Shown here: positions 44,612 through 53,066 of the stretch, in pieces | Layout of the letters: each line of letters begins with the position of its first letter | Position numbering within the stretch: position 1 is the stretch's first letter | NCBI GenBank assembly: GCA_964557125.1 | Contig: CAZKYX010000002.1 | Location: forward strand, 25,828 to 89,827 | Length of the DNA stretch: 64,000 bases | Source: an uncultured Gammaproteobacteria bacterium | GTDB lineage: Bacteria; Patescibacteriota; Microgenomatia; Levybacterales; GWA1-39-11 | Direction of reading: 5' to 3' | Notes under the pieces: generated by a model | What the model was told of the DNA's origin: nothing | The model's database searches: none | The model's input: the letters and a program-made list of their open reading frames with translations, nothing else | Program-made: the position numbers and the translations under genes

Positions 44612-44872
44612 ATGGCAATGACTCGTTACATTGGCAACGAAGATGTCGAAATGTTCCAGTTTATGCTCAGTCATTTCTGGGCAAATTTTCCTTGGAACGA
44701 CGATTTCGTAATAGCTTCCGGTTATTACGACCCAAACAATCCCAATGCCGAAATAATGAATATATCAAAGGTAGATCCTGAGCGTTTGAAAAATGCACGG
44801 AAACACCTTCTGCATATATTCGACAGCAGGCCTGTTAATTGGAAGCAATTTGTGATTCCTGAAATGTGGTAA
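44612..44872 (+). CDS. Hypothetical small protein (86 aa)
   Basis: AAAGGA RBS. Confidence 0.5.
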   Translation: MAMTRYIGNEDVEMFQFMLSHFWANFPWNDDFVIASGYYDPNNPNAEIMNISKVDPERLKNARKHLLHIFDSRPVNWKQFVIPEMW

Positions 44873-44876
44873 AAAA

Positions 44877-45407
44877 GTGGATATAGGTTCAAAGGAAAAA
44901 TATCCAGCAAATGCACTTTCTAACTTTACTCCTCACCCTTTCGTTTTTGATGGGGTGAAATGCAACAGCATGGAAGGACTTTTGCAGTCATTCAAAACAA
45001 ATGACCAGCCAATCCAAGAGCACATTTGTACTCTTGTAGGAATTGGAGCCAAAAGAAGAGGGCGTAACATCAACTGGTGGAAAGCTCAAACTCTTTACTG
45101 GAAAGGTGTTGCATACCCAAGAGAGTCAAAAGGGTATCAGGAGCTTCTGACACGAGCATATGACGCTCTTGGTAAGAATTCGTCCTTCAGAAAAGCACTT
45201 TTAGCCAGTCGTGATGCTGTCTTAAGGCACTCGATTGGCACAAAGGAGAAAGACAGGACAATACTTACTGAGCAGGAATTCTGTTCTCAGCTCACGCGCT
45301 TGAGGTCAATACTTCAAGATGAAGAGCGTGAGGCAAAGCTTCAAGCCCAGAAAGATGTTCCAGTAGTGCCACAATTAATTCGCGGTAAGAAAGGCAAAAG
45401 GAGATAG
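44877..45407 (+). CDS. NADAR (YbiA/DUF1768)-like domain protein, GTG start
   Basis: LSNFTPHPFVFDGVKCNSMEGLLQSFK matches the NADAR N-terminal signature LSNF..pF..dG..y.s.Eh.fQ..K. Confidence 0.6.
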   Translation: MDIGSKEKYPANALSNFTPHPFVFDGVKCNSMEGLLQSFKTNDQPIQEHICTLVGIGAKRRGRNINWWKAQTLYWKGVAYPRESKGYQELLTRAYDALGKNSSFRKALLASRDAVLRHSIGTKEKDRTILTEQEFCSQLTRLRSILQDEEREAKLQAQKDVPVVPQLIRGKKGKRR

Positions 45408-45409
45408 GA

Positions 45410-45922
45410 ATGCCAGTAAATCGAATTCGAGGCTCAAGCATAACGGTATTATCCGGCATGAAAGCCATCAAGAAGCCTATCGGTAAGCAAAAGCCGATTT
45501 CTGCTGATACTCAAGAAAGTGAAAAGTTTCTTGAGCGATTGTATCGTGCTCCACGCAAGCCCGCAATTCGCCCCCTTCCGATTCAAGAATCACTTGATAG
45601 GATACGGGATGCGGCAAAAAGACGAGCAGAGCATTTCAAGATATACCAGCAGTCTGGTGAAGAGGATATGCAAGCATATTTCTCTTTTCTCGCTGAAAAC
45701 GAACAAATCGACCTAGCCCGCGAGCACGTGAGATTTTTCATTAACTACATGATTCAGCTTGCAGGTCCAGGTGTAACTGAAAGATCTATTGGTTTGAGTT
45801 TTAGTGCACGTACCAATTCATCAATCATGAAGAAGTGGCGTGAAGAGCGGATTGCCTCAGGCATGCCGCCCCTCAAGCCTTTCACTGAAAGCTACTACAA
45901 TTACTACGGCTACGAAGACTAG
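45410..45922 (+). CDS. Hypothetical protein (170 aa)
   Basis: AAAGGAG RBS. Confidence 0.55.
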   Translation: MPVNRIRGSSITVLSGMKAIKKPIGKQKPISADTQESEKFLERLYRAPRKPAIRPLPIQESLDRIRDAAKRRAEHFKIYQQSGEEDMQAYFSFLAENEQIDLAREHVRFFINYMIQLAGPGVTERSIGLSFSARTNSSIMKKWREERIASGMPPLKPFTESYYNYYGYED

Positions 45923-45947
45923 CCACAACGACCTACGTAAATATTCT

Positions 45948-45981
45948 CCCGCCTTGCCCTTCATGCAGAAGGACAGGCGGG
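45948..45981 (+). terminator. GC-rich hairpin after 45922
   Basis: cccgcc..ccttc / gaagg..ggcggg. Confidence 0.45.
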
Positions 45982-46119
45982 GGACCACACATTCTGTTAT
46001 TCGTGATTGGTTATTAGTAACTTAGCTAGTTCTTATCTGCAACCTAAAACCTGCAACCTGCAACCTAATCTAATCTCATAGTTTTGATTTCCCCCTGAAA
46101 AGAGAGTATAATTCCCACA

Positions 46120-46395
46120 TAATATCTTTGGGAAAAATGCGCACTGCCTTAAAGGCATAGCCGTGCATTCAGGCCAAGGATCAAACCTTGCTCGTTAAAC
46201 TAACTAGGGCAGCTTGCCCTTCTGAAGCTTAAGCGAAAGAGGGTACATTGACCCACCTTCGCTAAAATAGCTTCGGGGGTCTGCATCGCTTCGCAAGAGG
46301 CGAAGCTCTTTGAAAATTCGCAGGTCAAGGTTCGAGTAACATCGAACCGCAGATGCTGAGTTAAATCGAAGCATCAAAAATATAAAGGAGCACAA
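46120..46395 (+). promoter_or_regulatory. Long conserved 5' leader (copy A); candidate structured cis-regulatory RNA
   Basis: -10 TATAAT at 46107-46112. The 29-nt core at 46215-46243 is identical to copy B. AGGTCAAGGTT plus hairpin ggttcga-gtaaca-tcgaacc at 46322-46348. Confidence 0.5.
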
Positions 46396-46839
46396 ATGTC
46401 TGACGGCTTTACTATGCTTCATGTAAGAGGCGAGCCCGGACCACGGGCTTTTTCCAACCATACCATAGCAGATATATCTATGTATCAAAATGGGAAAGTT
46501 GTGAACTTCGTTAACGGTACACAACTTCCTATAACCGATACGGGAGATGATGTTGCAAACTCAACAAACATTGCTCAAAAGGGGAGAGTTCTTGTAGAAC
46601 TCAGTCCAAGACGAGATCGGAATGGTAAAAACATTCTGGTAACACCTGAAGCATTTGCAACCTTGCAGTGTTTTGAAGACCACTCTGTGATAACACTTCC
46701 AGACGGAAACACAGTTATATCAGTGCAGGAAACCAGAGCTCAACTTGAGCCTGTTCTCAATCAACATGGTATCTTCATCCGCAAGGTTGAGGATTATGCA
46801 AAACAGACCAATGGGCCAAAAGAAATCCAAATTTTCTAG
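46396..46839 (+). CDS. Hypothetical protein (147 aa)
   Basis: AAAGGAG RBS. Confidence 0.6.
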   Translation: MSDGFTMLHVRGEPGPRAFSNHTIADISMYQNGKVVNFVNGTQLPITDTGDDVANSTNIAQKGRVLVELSPRRDRNGKNILVTPEAFATLQCFEDHSVITLPDGNTVISVQETRAQLEPVLNQHGIFIRKVEDYAKQTNGPKEIQIF

Positions 46840-46857
46840 GAGAAGTAGAGAGCAACT

Positions 46858-47127
46858 TTGAAAAAGAAAGTTCAGTCTATTATTCCAACCGAAGAAGAGA
46901 TTCGGAAAGTAAGACTTGAGCTGATACCTCACGTAAGAATGAGGCATGCAATCGCTCTTACTGATGTCCACGAACTCTTTCCGCATATAGAGATGGGTCG
47001 TATCAATGCATGCATTGAACTACTTCATCACAGTCAAGAAGTTATTTTGGGGATTAATCCTCAGGATAATAACGCGCTGTGGGTGAAGCTGGGCGATAAT
47101 GCTTGGTCACTCACCCCACAAGGTTAG
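46858..47127 (+). CDS. Hypothetical small protein (start uncertain)
   Basis: TTG start without a well-placed RBS. Included because of operon packing. Confidence 0.4.
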   Translation: MKKKVQSIIPTEEEIRKVRLELIPHVRMRHAIALTDVHELFPHIEMGRINACIELLHHSQEVILGINPQDNNALWVKLGDNAWSLTPQG

Positions 47128-47137
47128 GAGAAATGTC

Positions 47138-47413
47138 ATGGAAACATCTACCGTTTGGTGGATTTTGGGAGGCCTAGCATTTTTTGCCATAAATGGCCAC
47201 TTAGCGGTGGACAGATGGGCTGATGGTGCAAAAAGAGATGCAGTTATGAGAATGTATGGGGCAATTATAACTCCACCACTTCTATATTTCTGCATTTATT
47301 ATGTGGGATGGTCTTATTGGCTTATTCCGTTTTTTTTGGGAGCTTATGTGTTACCATTTGCCATAATCAGGCCGGACATCGACCCGCCACCAGTAGGGAA
47401 AAGGAGAAAGTAA
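47138..47413 (+). CDS. Small membrane protein (91 aa)
   Basis: TAGGAG RBS 7 nt upstream, three hydrophobic segments. Confidence 0.55.
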   Translation: METSTVWWILGGLAFFAINGHLAVDRWADGAKRDAVMRMYGAIITPPLLYFCIYYVGWSYWLIPFFLGAYVLPFAIIRPDIDPPPVGKRRK

Positions 47414-47811
47414 TGGACACCGAAGATCTAGAACGAAGGCTTATTGCTATTCAAAATCTACCAGTTCGTGCAAAGCCGGCTTGGTATGACTCACTTGAAA
47501 ACTTTCTTGAAACTGTTGTTAGTATCCACACAAAATTTGTGGGTCGTGAGCTTGAGGTGTTTGCAAAAAAGCTCAAGAAGAAAGAGCTCAGACCCTCAGA
47601 CCTACGGAAATTTTCAGAGCTAATTCAAGTAGGAAAAAAGGCCAAAAAACTGAAGAAGAAGCGGGCAAAGAAGTTGGCTTCTGCCATCAAAAGAATGGAA
47701 AAAGAGGACAGGGCAAATGCCCCTTCATCCTCGCCGTTTTTTGGTGAAGGAAAACCATCCAAAAAGGGTGGAATAGAAATTCCAAAGTTGGAGGTTGAAA
47801 ATGGCTCTTGA
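47413..47811 (+). CDS. Lys-rich hypothetical protein (132 aa)
   Basis: AAGGAG RBS and TAATG stop/start overlap. Confidence 0.55.
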   Translation: MDTEDLERRLIAIQNLPVRAKPAWYDSLENFLETVVSIHTKFVGRELEVFAKKLKKKELRPSDLRKFSELIQVGKKAKKLKKKRAKKLASAIKRMEKEDRANAPSSSPFFGEGKPSKKGGIEIPKLEVENGS

Positions 47812-48016
47812 ATTTTCCGGCAAAGATATCATGGAAGAGGAACTCCTCTTTCTTGATGAAATTCTTCCGAAGATGGAGGAGCGAAGGCAACAGATTCGGA
47901 GCATGCTTGCCCAGCTTGCTGCTCAGAATGAAGCTGCTATGAAAGCTTCCCGCCGTAGACCTTCATGGGATGAACTCATGAAGGGCTACGAGAGAGATGG
48001 AATTTCCTATCCTTAA
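47801..48016 (+). CDS. Hypothetical small protein (71 aa)
   Basis: GGAGG RBS. Overlaps the upstream stop. Confidence 0.5.
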   Translation: MALEFSGKDIMEEELLFLDEILPKMEERRQQIRSMLAQLAAQNEAAMKASRRRPSWDELMKGYERDGISYP

Positions 48017-48074
48017 CCCTTCGACAAGCTCACTGCTTGCAAGCTCAGGGTCTACGACCTGCGAATTCACACTC

Positions 48075-48106
48075 GTCCCACCGTTTCGTAAAAGAAACGG
48101 TGGGAC
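48075..48106 (+). terminator. CCCACCGTT hairpin H3
   Basis: gtcccaccgtttc-gtaaaa-gaaacggtgggac forms a 13-bp stem. Confidence 0.5.
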
Positions 48107-48291
48107 ACCAACTTCTCGATTTCACTTCATTTCACTCGAAGAATATTGTTCGAGGTACTCTCGAGAACTAAACTATTCATAGTTCGTTACTCATAATTCA
48201 TCATTCTTGCTTCTTTATCCATTTTGCATAATACTTACATTAGGTTGTTTATTGTCTAATAACTAATAACTAACAACCAATCACTAAGGTT

Positions 48292-49989
48292 ATGGCTATC
48301 TTCTTCGCTATATTTTCCACTGTTTGTTTTGGTCTTGCGGCTGTTTTTTTATCCCTTCGTTATGAACGGGCAAAAAAAGAACTGGAAGCAAAACAAAAAG
48401 AACTCTCCAGACAACTCTATGAGCTCTCAATTCTCCGCAGTGTACAAGAAAAGATAGGATATTCCCTCAGTCCGAAAGATATCGCAGAGACAATAGCGAC
48501 TACTGCCGGTAATATGTTTCGTCTCACCAGTATTTCCTACGCCATCATTGATAATAAAAATATCGTTCTAAAGACTTTTTTAAAGGAAGCTGTGGGTGAT
48601 AATTTTTCAAAAGGTGTTAAAAATATCGTGTTGTCTGCATTGTATGGAATTGATGAAAGTGTAAAGGGGCTTGCCATTGATGAGAAGGTTGTCAAAAATG
48701 ATGCACTTTTAAATAATGGAGTATTGTTTGATGGGGTACCTTTATCATATTTCAACATTCCACTGGTTCTTAACAACAAATTGGCTGGAATCATAACAAT
48801 TGCATCAAAAGATGCTCATGTGTATCAAGACGAAGACATGAGTATGCTCTATAAAATTGTAAATCAGACTCAACTTGCGATTGGAAGATTGCAGACAGTA
48901 ATTGATACTGAAAAGGGGAAGATTGACTCACTAATATCTAGTCTTAGAAGCGGTGCGATGCTCTTTCTGCTAGAGGAAGGCAAATTTAGACTGATGACAA
49001 TCAACAATGCGGCACGTAATTTTTTGAGGCTAAAAGGAGAGGCAGATACCTACGAAGTTTTGGCTGCTTTTGGGGCTAAGCCGAGCCTGATAACTGAGAT
49101 AAAGGAAATAGTCGAATTACGGAAGAGTACGTTTCACAGGAACTTGGAGATTTATGGGAACCATTTCAATGTCTATCTAACACCGGTTTTGTCTCATGCA
49201 ACAGAAGCAATTATCGGAGTGTCCCTAACCATGCAAGATATTACTGTGGAAAAGGAGTTAGAAAAGTTGCGTGAAAGCTTTACGAGCATGGTGGTTCATG
49301 AATTGCGGGCGCCTCTTACGGCTATAAAAAGCGCTTCAAGTATGATGCTTGAGACCGAGCTTTCAGATGAAGACAGAAAAAAGATGAATACGGTTATTTT
49401 TGACTCAACGGAGAGGCTGTTGCAAGATGTAAGTGAGCTTTTGGATGCAGCAAAAGTTGATGCTGGAAAGTATGAATTAAAGCTTTCAAAAGGAAGCATC
49501 GAAAATGCAATCGACAATAGCATCAAAACACTCACGTATCTGGCCAAAAACAAGTCTATTTCACTTGTAAATGACCTAAAGGTACCAATTCCCTTTTTTG
49601 ACTTTGATAGCCTTAGAATTGAGGAAGTATTGAATAATTTGATATCCAATGCCATAAAGTACAGTCACGAGGGTGGAAGTATCACTATTTCAGCCAAACC
49701 AACTGAGAATTATCTCCAGCTTGAGGTAAAAGATACTGGTGTTGGTATCCCTACCTCAAAGCTTTCAATGCTTTTCAGTCAGTTTAACCAAGCTGATAGC
49801 ATGAGGCGAGGCGAGGGGACTGGGCTTGGGCTTTATATCGCCAAAGTAATTGTCGAGTCACACAATGGGAAGATTTGGATAGAGTCAAAAGAGGGGTTAG
49901 GGACAAGCGTATTCTTTACACTTCCTATGATAAATGCTCAAGAAATGACGCAAAAATCAGCAATTGTGCCGGAGAGAGTGTTGAATTGA
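48292..49989 (+). CDS. Sensor histidine kinase (TM, GAF-like, PAS-like, HisKA, HATPase_c)
   Basis: H-box MVVHELRAPLT, N-box NLISNAIKYS, G-boxes DTGVGI and GTGLGL. Confidence 0.9.
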   Translation: MAIFFAIFSTVCFGLAAVFLSLRYERAKKELEAKQKELSRQLYELSILRSVQEKIGYSLSPKDIAETIATTAGNMFRLTSISYAIIDNKNIVLKTFLKEAVGDNFSKGVKNIVLSALYGIDESVKGLAIDEKVVKNDALLNNGVLFDGVPLSYFNIPLVLNNKLAGIITIASKDAHVYQDEDMSMLYKIVNQTQLAIGRLQTVIDTEKGKIDSLISSLRSGAMLFLLEEGKFRLMTINNAARNFLRLKGEADTYEVLAAFGAKPSLITEIKEIVELRKSTFHRNLEIYGNHFNVYLTPVLSHATEAIIGVSLTMQDITVEKELEKLRESFTSMVVHELRAPLTAIKSASSMMLETELSDEDRKKMNTVIFDSTERLLQDVSELLDAAKVDAGKYELKLSKGSIENAIDNSIKTLTYLAKNKSISLVNDLKVPIPFFDFDSLRIEEVLNNLISNAIKYSHEGGSITISAKPTENYLQLEVKDTGVGIPTSKLSMLFSQFNQADSMRRGEGTGLGLYIAKVIVESHNGKIWIESKEGLGTSVFFTLPMINAQEMTQKSAIVPERVLN

Positions 49990-49999
49990 GGAGATAAAT

Positions 50000-50090
50000 C
50001 GAAATTTTTAATTTTTAATTTGAAATCAAATCTAAATGTTTTAATGTTTAAAAATTGATTAAAAATTTTAAATTTGAATTTAAAAATTGT
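50000..50090. repeat. AT-rich ~95-bp intergenic element, copy 3
   Basis: aaatttttaatttttaatttgaaatcaaatctaaatgtt...aaaattttaaatttgaatttaaaaatt. Confidence 0.7.
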
Positions 50091-50104
50091 GTATTGATGA
50101 AATC

Positions 50105-50875
50105 TCAATATAGCTTTTTATTGTACACATCAAGTAGGAGCTTTCCGTTCTTGCCTTGAGTTGGGTCACCTGTGTAGATAGTTACTCCAGCATTAATTGG
50201 TTTGTCTTCTCGGTCAATACGTATAAATTCCTCAGCGCTCATTCTCTCTTGATTTGCCCGAATTCCCAGAATCGTTAAGTGATGTGTTACTGCCAGAACG
50301 TTTTGTTCTGCAAAGTCTCGAGTGAGGGTATTCATCCATGAGCGAAGTCTTTCTCTGACATCAGGTACATTTTCCCCTCTAGGATTGCGGTACCAATAGA
50401 GACCTTGACGCTCATAAAGCGTTTTTTCATCTGGATTGAGCGCATGGAATACTTTCCAGTCGTTATACAGAAGAGCCAGTCCGTGTTCTTGTTCACGAAT
50501 TCGTTCTTCTTCGTACGACTTAATATTTTGGAGCTCAGGCCAGCCCGTTATCATGCGATTGAGGGTCTCTTTGGTTCTTTCATAGGGAGAGTAGAAGATA
50601 ACGTCGGGTGGTTTTATGAGGTTTTTTAGCTCACTAGCCATTTTTTCTGCTTGGTGACCTGCATTTTGCGCAAGCGGAGTATTGTGATCTGCCACATTCA
50701 TGGCAAACATGTCTTTTACTTCATGGGCAAGTCGAATCGTTTCGCTGGATTCAGGGTCTTCGTTGAATGATTTTTCAAATGATTGGTAAAGCGGGTTGGC
50801 AGCTTTTAGAGGCTTTAGTCTGTTATATGCAGATTCGTCGTGTCGTATTAGGCTCAATGTTTCAGGCCATTTCAT
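50105..50875 (-). CDS. Histidine phosphatase (phosphoglycerate mutase-like) family protein
   Basis: LIRHDESAYN (RHG-type motif) and a later VTHHLT His. Confidence 0.75.
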   Translation of the reverse strand: MKWPETLSLIRHDESAYNRLKPLKAANPLYQSFEKSFNEDPESSETIRLAHEVKDMFAMNVADHNTPLAQNAGHQAEKMASELKNLIKPPDVIFYSPYERTKETLNRMITGWPELQNIKSYEEERIREQEHGLALLYNDWKVFHALNPDEKTLYERQGLYWYRNPRGENVPDVRERLRSWMNTLTRDFAEQNVLAVTHHLTILGIRANQERMSAEEFIRIDREDKPINAGVTIYTGDPTQGKNGKLLLDVYNKKLY

Positions 50876-50920
50876 AGTTCATGGGTATTATAGTACTTTA
50901 TACACTAAGTTTCAAGGGAT

Positions 50921-51026
50921 AGAAACAGCGTGAAGTTAGGAAAGCGTACAGCGTATAGTTTGATGAAAGTATGGAGAATAAAGTATAAAGAATATTTACT
51001 TACTCTTCGAGCGTGGTCGAGAAGTT
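50921..51026. repeat. Cassette junction repeat, long form
   Basis: Co-linear with 2238-2340. Confidence 0.7.
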
Positions 51027-51194
51027 TGAGAAATTTTTAGTAATTAATAACTTGATTAGGAATTAGGAATTTGAAATTAGGAATTCCCCCCTCGGCATTT
51101 GGCTTTGGGGGGAAAGAGTGACAGGTACACCTGTTTTGAAAGCCTATTCAGACAGCGAGTGTCTGACAGACTTTTTTGGCAGATATATCTGTTA

Positions 51195-51443
51195 TTATTC
51201 ATCCTGAGTACGGTGGCCTTTGAAAAACCCTTGTGGAGGGTTTGCATTGTGCGCCCCTACTGCGACATCGTACATGTAGCTTGTCACCATTACGATGAGT
51301 AAGGTAACAAAAAAGAAGTCAAGGAAGTTCATGAAATTGTCTGGTTGGATCAACTGAAGGGCTACGCTTACCAGAATGAAATCGGGTATGAGCAGTAGCA
51401 ATTTTCGACGCTCGTAGAATACCGTTTTGAACGGATTATACAT
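51195..51443 (-). CDS. Small membrane protein (82 aa)
   Basis: Two TM helices and operon packing. Confidence 0.5.
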   Translation of the reverse strand: MYNPFKTVFYERRKLLLLIPDFILVSVALQLIQPDNFMNFLDFFFVTLLIVMVTSYMYDVAVGAHNANPPQGFFKGHRTQDE

Positions 51444-51457
51444 TTATTTGTTCCTTT

Positions 51458-51655
51458 CTACCTGCAGCTCATGCCGACTGAGCCGGCATACTTGATGACA
51501 AAACAAGTTGTCCCGTCAGGCATTCTGTGAGACGAGATTTCTTCTTTCACGGTTACAGCACCAACATTTTCCCCGCAGCCGCTGGCAGCGAGAATACAGG
51601 CAGTAAGTGCTGCACCTGCCAAAAAGTAAGCCAAATTGACGTTAAAAAACTTCAC
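51458..51655 (-). CDS. Small putative lipoprotein (65 aa, GTG start)
   Basis: Lipobox-like ILAASGC and a GAGGAG RBS. Confidence 0.5.
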   Translation of the reverse strand: MKFFNVNLAYFLAGAALTACILAASGCGENVGAVTVKEEISSHRMPDGTTCFVIKYAGSVGMSCR

Positions 51656-51802
51656 TTAGCTCTCCTCAGGCTCTTCGAGCCATTTTTTAATGTTCTCGAT
51701 TCGCCCTGTCACGTATGTGAGCTGGGATTCAAGCTACGGCAAGAGTGTTTTGAGGTTTTTTCGGCATTTTACTTCCGAGTGACCTTTTTCAGCAAGCGGC
51801 AT
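51656..51802 (-). pseudogene. Possible small ORF interrupted by an in-frame TAG
   Basis: MPLAEKGHSEVKCRKNLKTLLP-TAG-LESQLTYVTGRIENIKKWLEEPEES. The TAG is at 51734-51736. It fills the only gap in a tightly packed operon. Confidence 0.25.
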
Positions 51803-51861
51803 CGGACGGTTGTTGGCTGTGTAGCTTTTGCCACATCGGCTGCATTGATAGCTTGCCTAAC

Positions 51862-52068
51862 CTACTTTTTCTCCTTTGATCTGATTTCTGTCTTTGGAGA
51901 CCATTCAGGCATTCGCCTGACATAGATTTCTATCAACGCGAGAACATATGCAACAATGAGCAGAAGGAGGATAAAACCACCTAGCTCATTCTTTCCTGCG
52001 TTAAATAACGCGCTGATTATGATAATCAGCAATGGTGTTGTGCCCAAGAGTAGTACGAAGCATTTCAT
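51862..52068 (-). CDS. Small membrane protein (68 aa)
   Basis: Two TM helices. Confidence 0.5.
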   Translation of the reverse strand: MKCFVLLLGTTPLLIIIISALFNAGKNELGGFILLLLIVAYVLALIEIYVRRMPEWSPKTEIRSKEKK

Positions 52069-52082
52069 TTAGACATTTCCTT

Positions 52083-52256
52083 CTATGTGAGTAGAGGACC
52101 TATGGTTATCTGCTGCGTCGTTGTGGCTTCTTGCTTATGAGGCTCATTGATTGGAGCTTTCCAAACAACGATGCCACAAATGACAAGAACCAGAACGAAA
52201 AACCATCCGGCAGGAGTAATCTCCCACTGAGGGTTATTAGGCTCTAAGTTATCCAC
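52083..52256 (-). CDS. Small membrane protein (57 aa, GTG start)
   Basis: AAGGAGG RBS 5 nt upstream. GTGGATAA start/stop overlap with 52249-52461. Confidence 0.5.
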   Translation of the reverse strand: MDNLEPNNPQWEITPAGWFFVLVLVICGIVVWKAPINEPHKQEATTTQQITIGPLLT

Positions 52257-52461
52257 CAGTTCCTCCTTCAATCTTGCTAGTCTGTGACTTTTTTCTGACT
52301 CGAAATCTCTTAATTCCAAGCCAGATCATGAAAAGACCTGTAGCCACATGAAATGGCATAAGCCAAGAAGTTGCGTACTGTGGGAATGCAAGAAGGATAG
52401 TCAATCCTAAAAGGATAGTGAGAATCACATACATTCGGTCCCAGAGAGACATGTTCTTCAA
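52249..52461 (-). CDS. Small membrane protein (70 aa)
   Basis: Two TM helices. Confidence 0.5.
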   Translation of the reverse strand: MKNMSLWDRMYVILTILLGLTILLAFPQYATSWLMPFHVATGLFMIWLGIKRFRVRKKSQTSKIEGGTGG

Positions 52462-52676
52462 AGCTTAGGCTCAATTTCTGAGCGCAGCTTTGCACGTTTC
52501 AGGATTTTTATAATCCAGACGATGTCGATGATAATCCATACTACCCTAAAGACGATTCTAAAATAGTCTCTTTTTGCGATGCTGCTTGGGTAGGCACTCA
52601 TGAGAATAAACGTAATGACTGCAAGTGCAATCAAGAGTGTCCATTCCCTTTTTTTAAGATTGCGAAACATTTCCAT
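52458..52676 (-). CDS. Small membrane protein (72 aa)
   Basis: Two TM helices and a 4-nt overlap with the next ORF. Confidence 0.5.
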   Translation of the reverse strand: MEMFRNLKKREWTLLIALAVITFILMSAYPSSIAKRDYFRIVFRVVWIIIDIVWIIKILKRAKLRSEIEPKL

Positions 52677-52881
52677 CTCCCTTTTTACTTCTTTGGCGAT
52701 TCCTTGCTTGGATCAGTGTTCGAACTACATACGCTATCAAAAAACCTATGCAAAGGATATCTATGACTATGTTAAGTAGTTCGACTGGTGTGTTGGTCAA
52801 CAATTTGAATGTGCCAACAATAGCAGCAAGAAGGACTAGCCCTAGAAAAGGCCATTCCCAGAATGGGATAAAGCGAAACAT
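52654..52881 (-). CDS. Small membrane protein (75 aa)
   Basis: Two TM helices. First gene after the promoter. Confidence 0.5.
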   Translation of the reverse strand: MFRFIPFWEWPFLGLVLLAAIVGTFKLLTNTPVELLNIVIDILCIGFLIAYVVRTLIQARNRQRSKKGDGNVSQS

Positions 52882-52959
52882 ATCTATTTTCCTTCTTTCT
52901 CAGGATGAATTGTTAAGGTACTCCTCCTACGCTCAAAGAGCTTCGGAGGACGATGGGGT

Positions 52960-52968
52960 ATTATACCA
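52960..52968 (-). promoter_or_regulatory. TGGTATAAT extended -10 heading the micro-membrane-protein operon
   Basis: Exact 9-mer. The leader contains the hairpin cctcc-gaagctctttgagcgta-ggagg. Confidence 0.5.
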
Positions 52969-53066
52969 CAAAATAGACTCATAGTAAAATGATTAATGTC
53001 TAATGGTTAATGCCAAAAAAAAAGAGTAATGAGGTTAATTGACCATAAATCATTGGTCATCAGTCA

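Noticed and set aside
51734-51736. Stop-codon reassignment (TAG as a sense codon).
   Set aside because: TAG terminates well-supported genes such as leuS and the M23 peptidase. All long ORFs are intact under the standard code.
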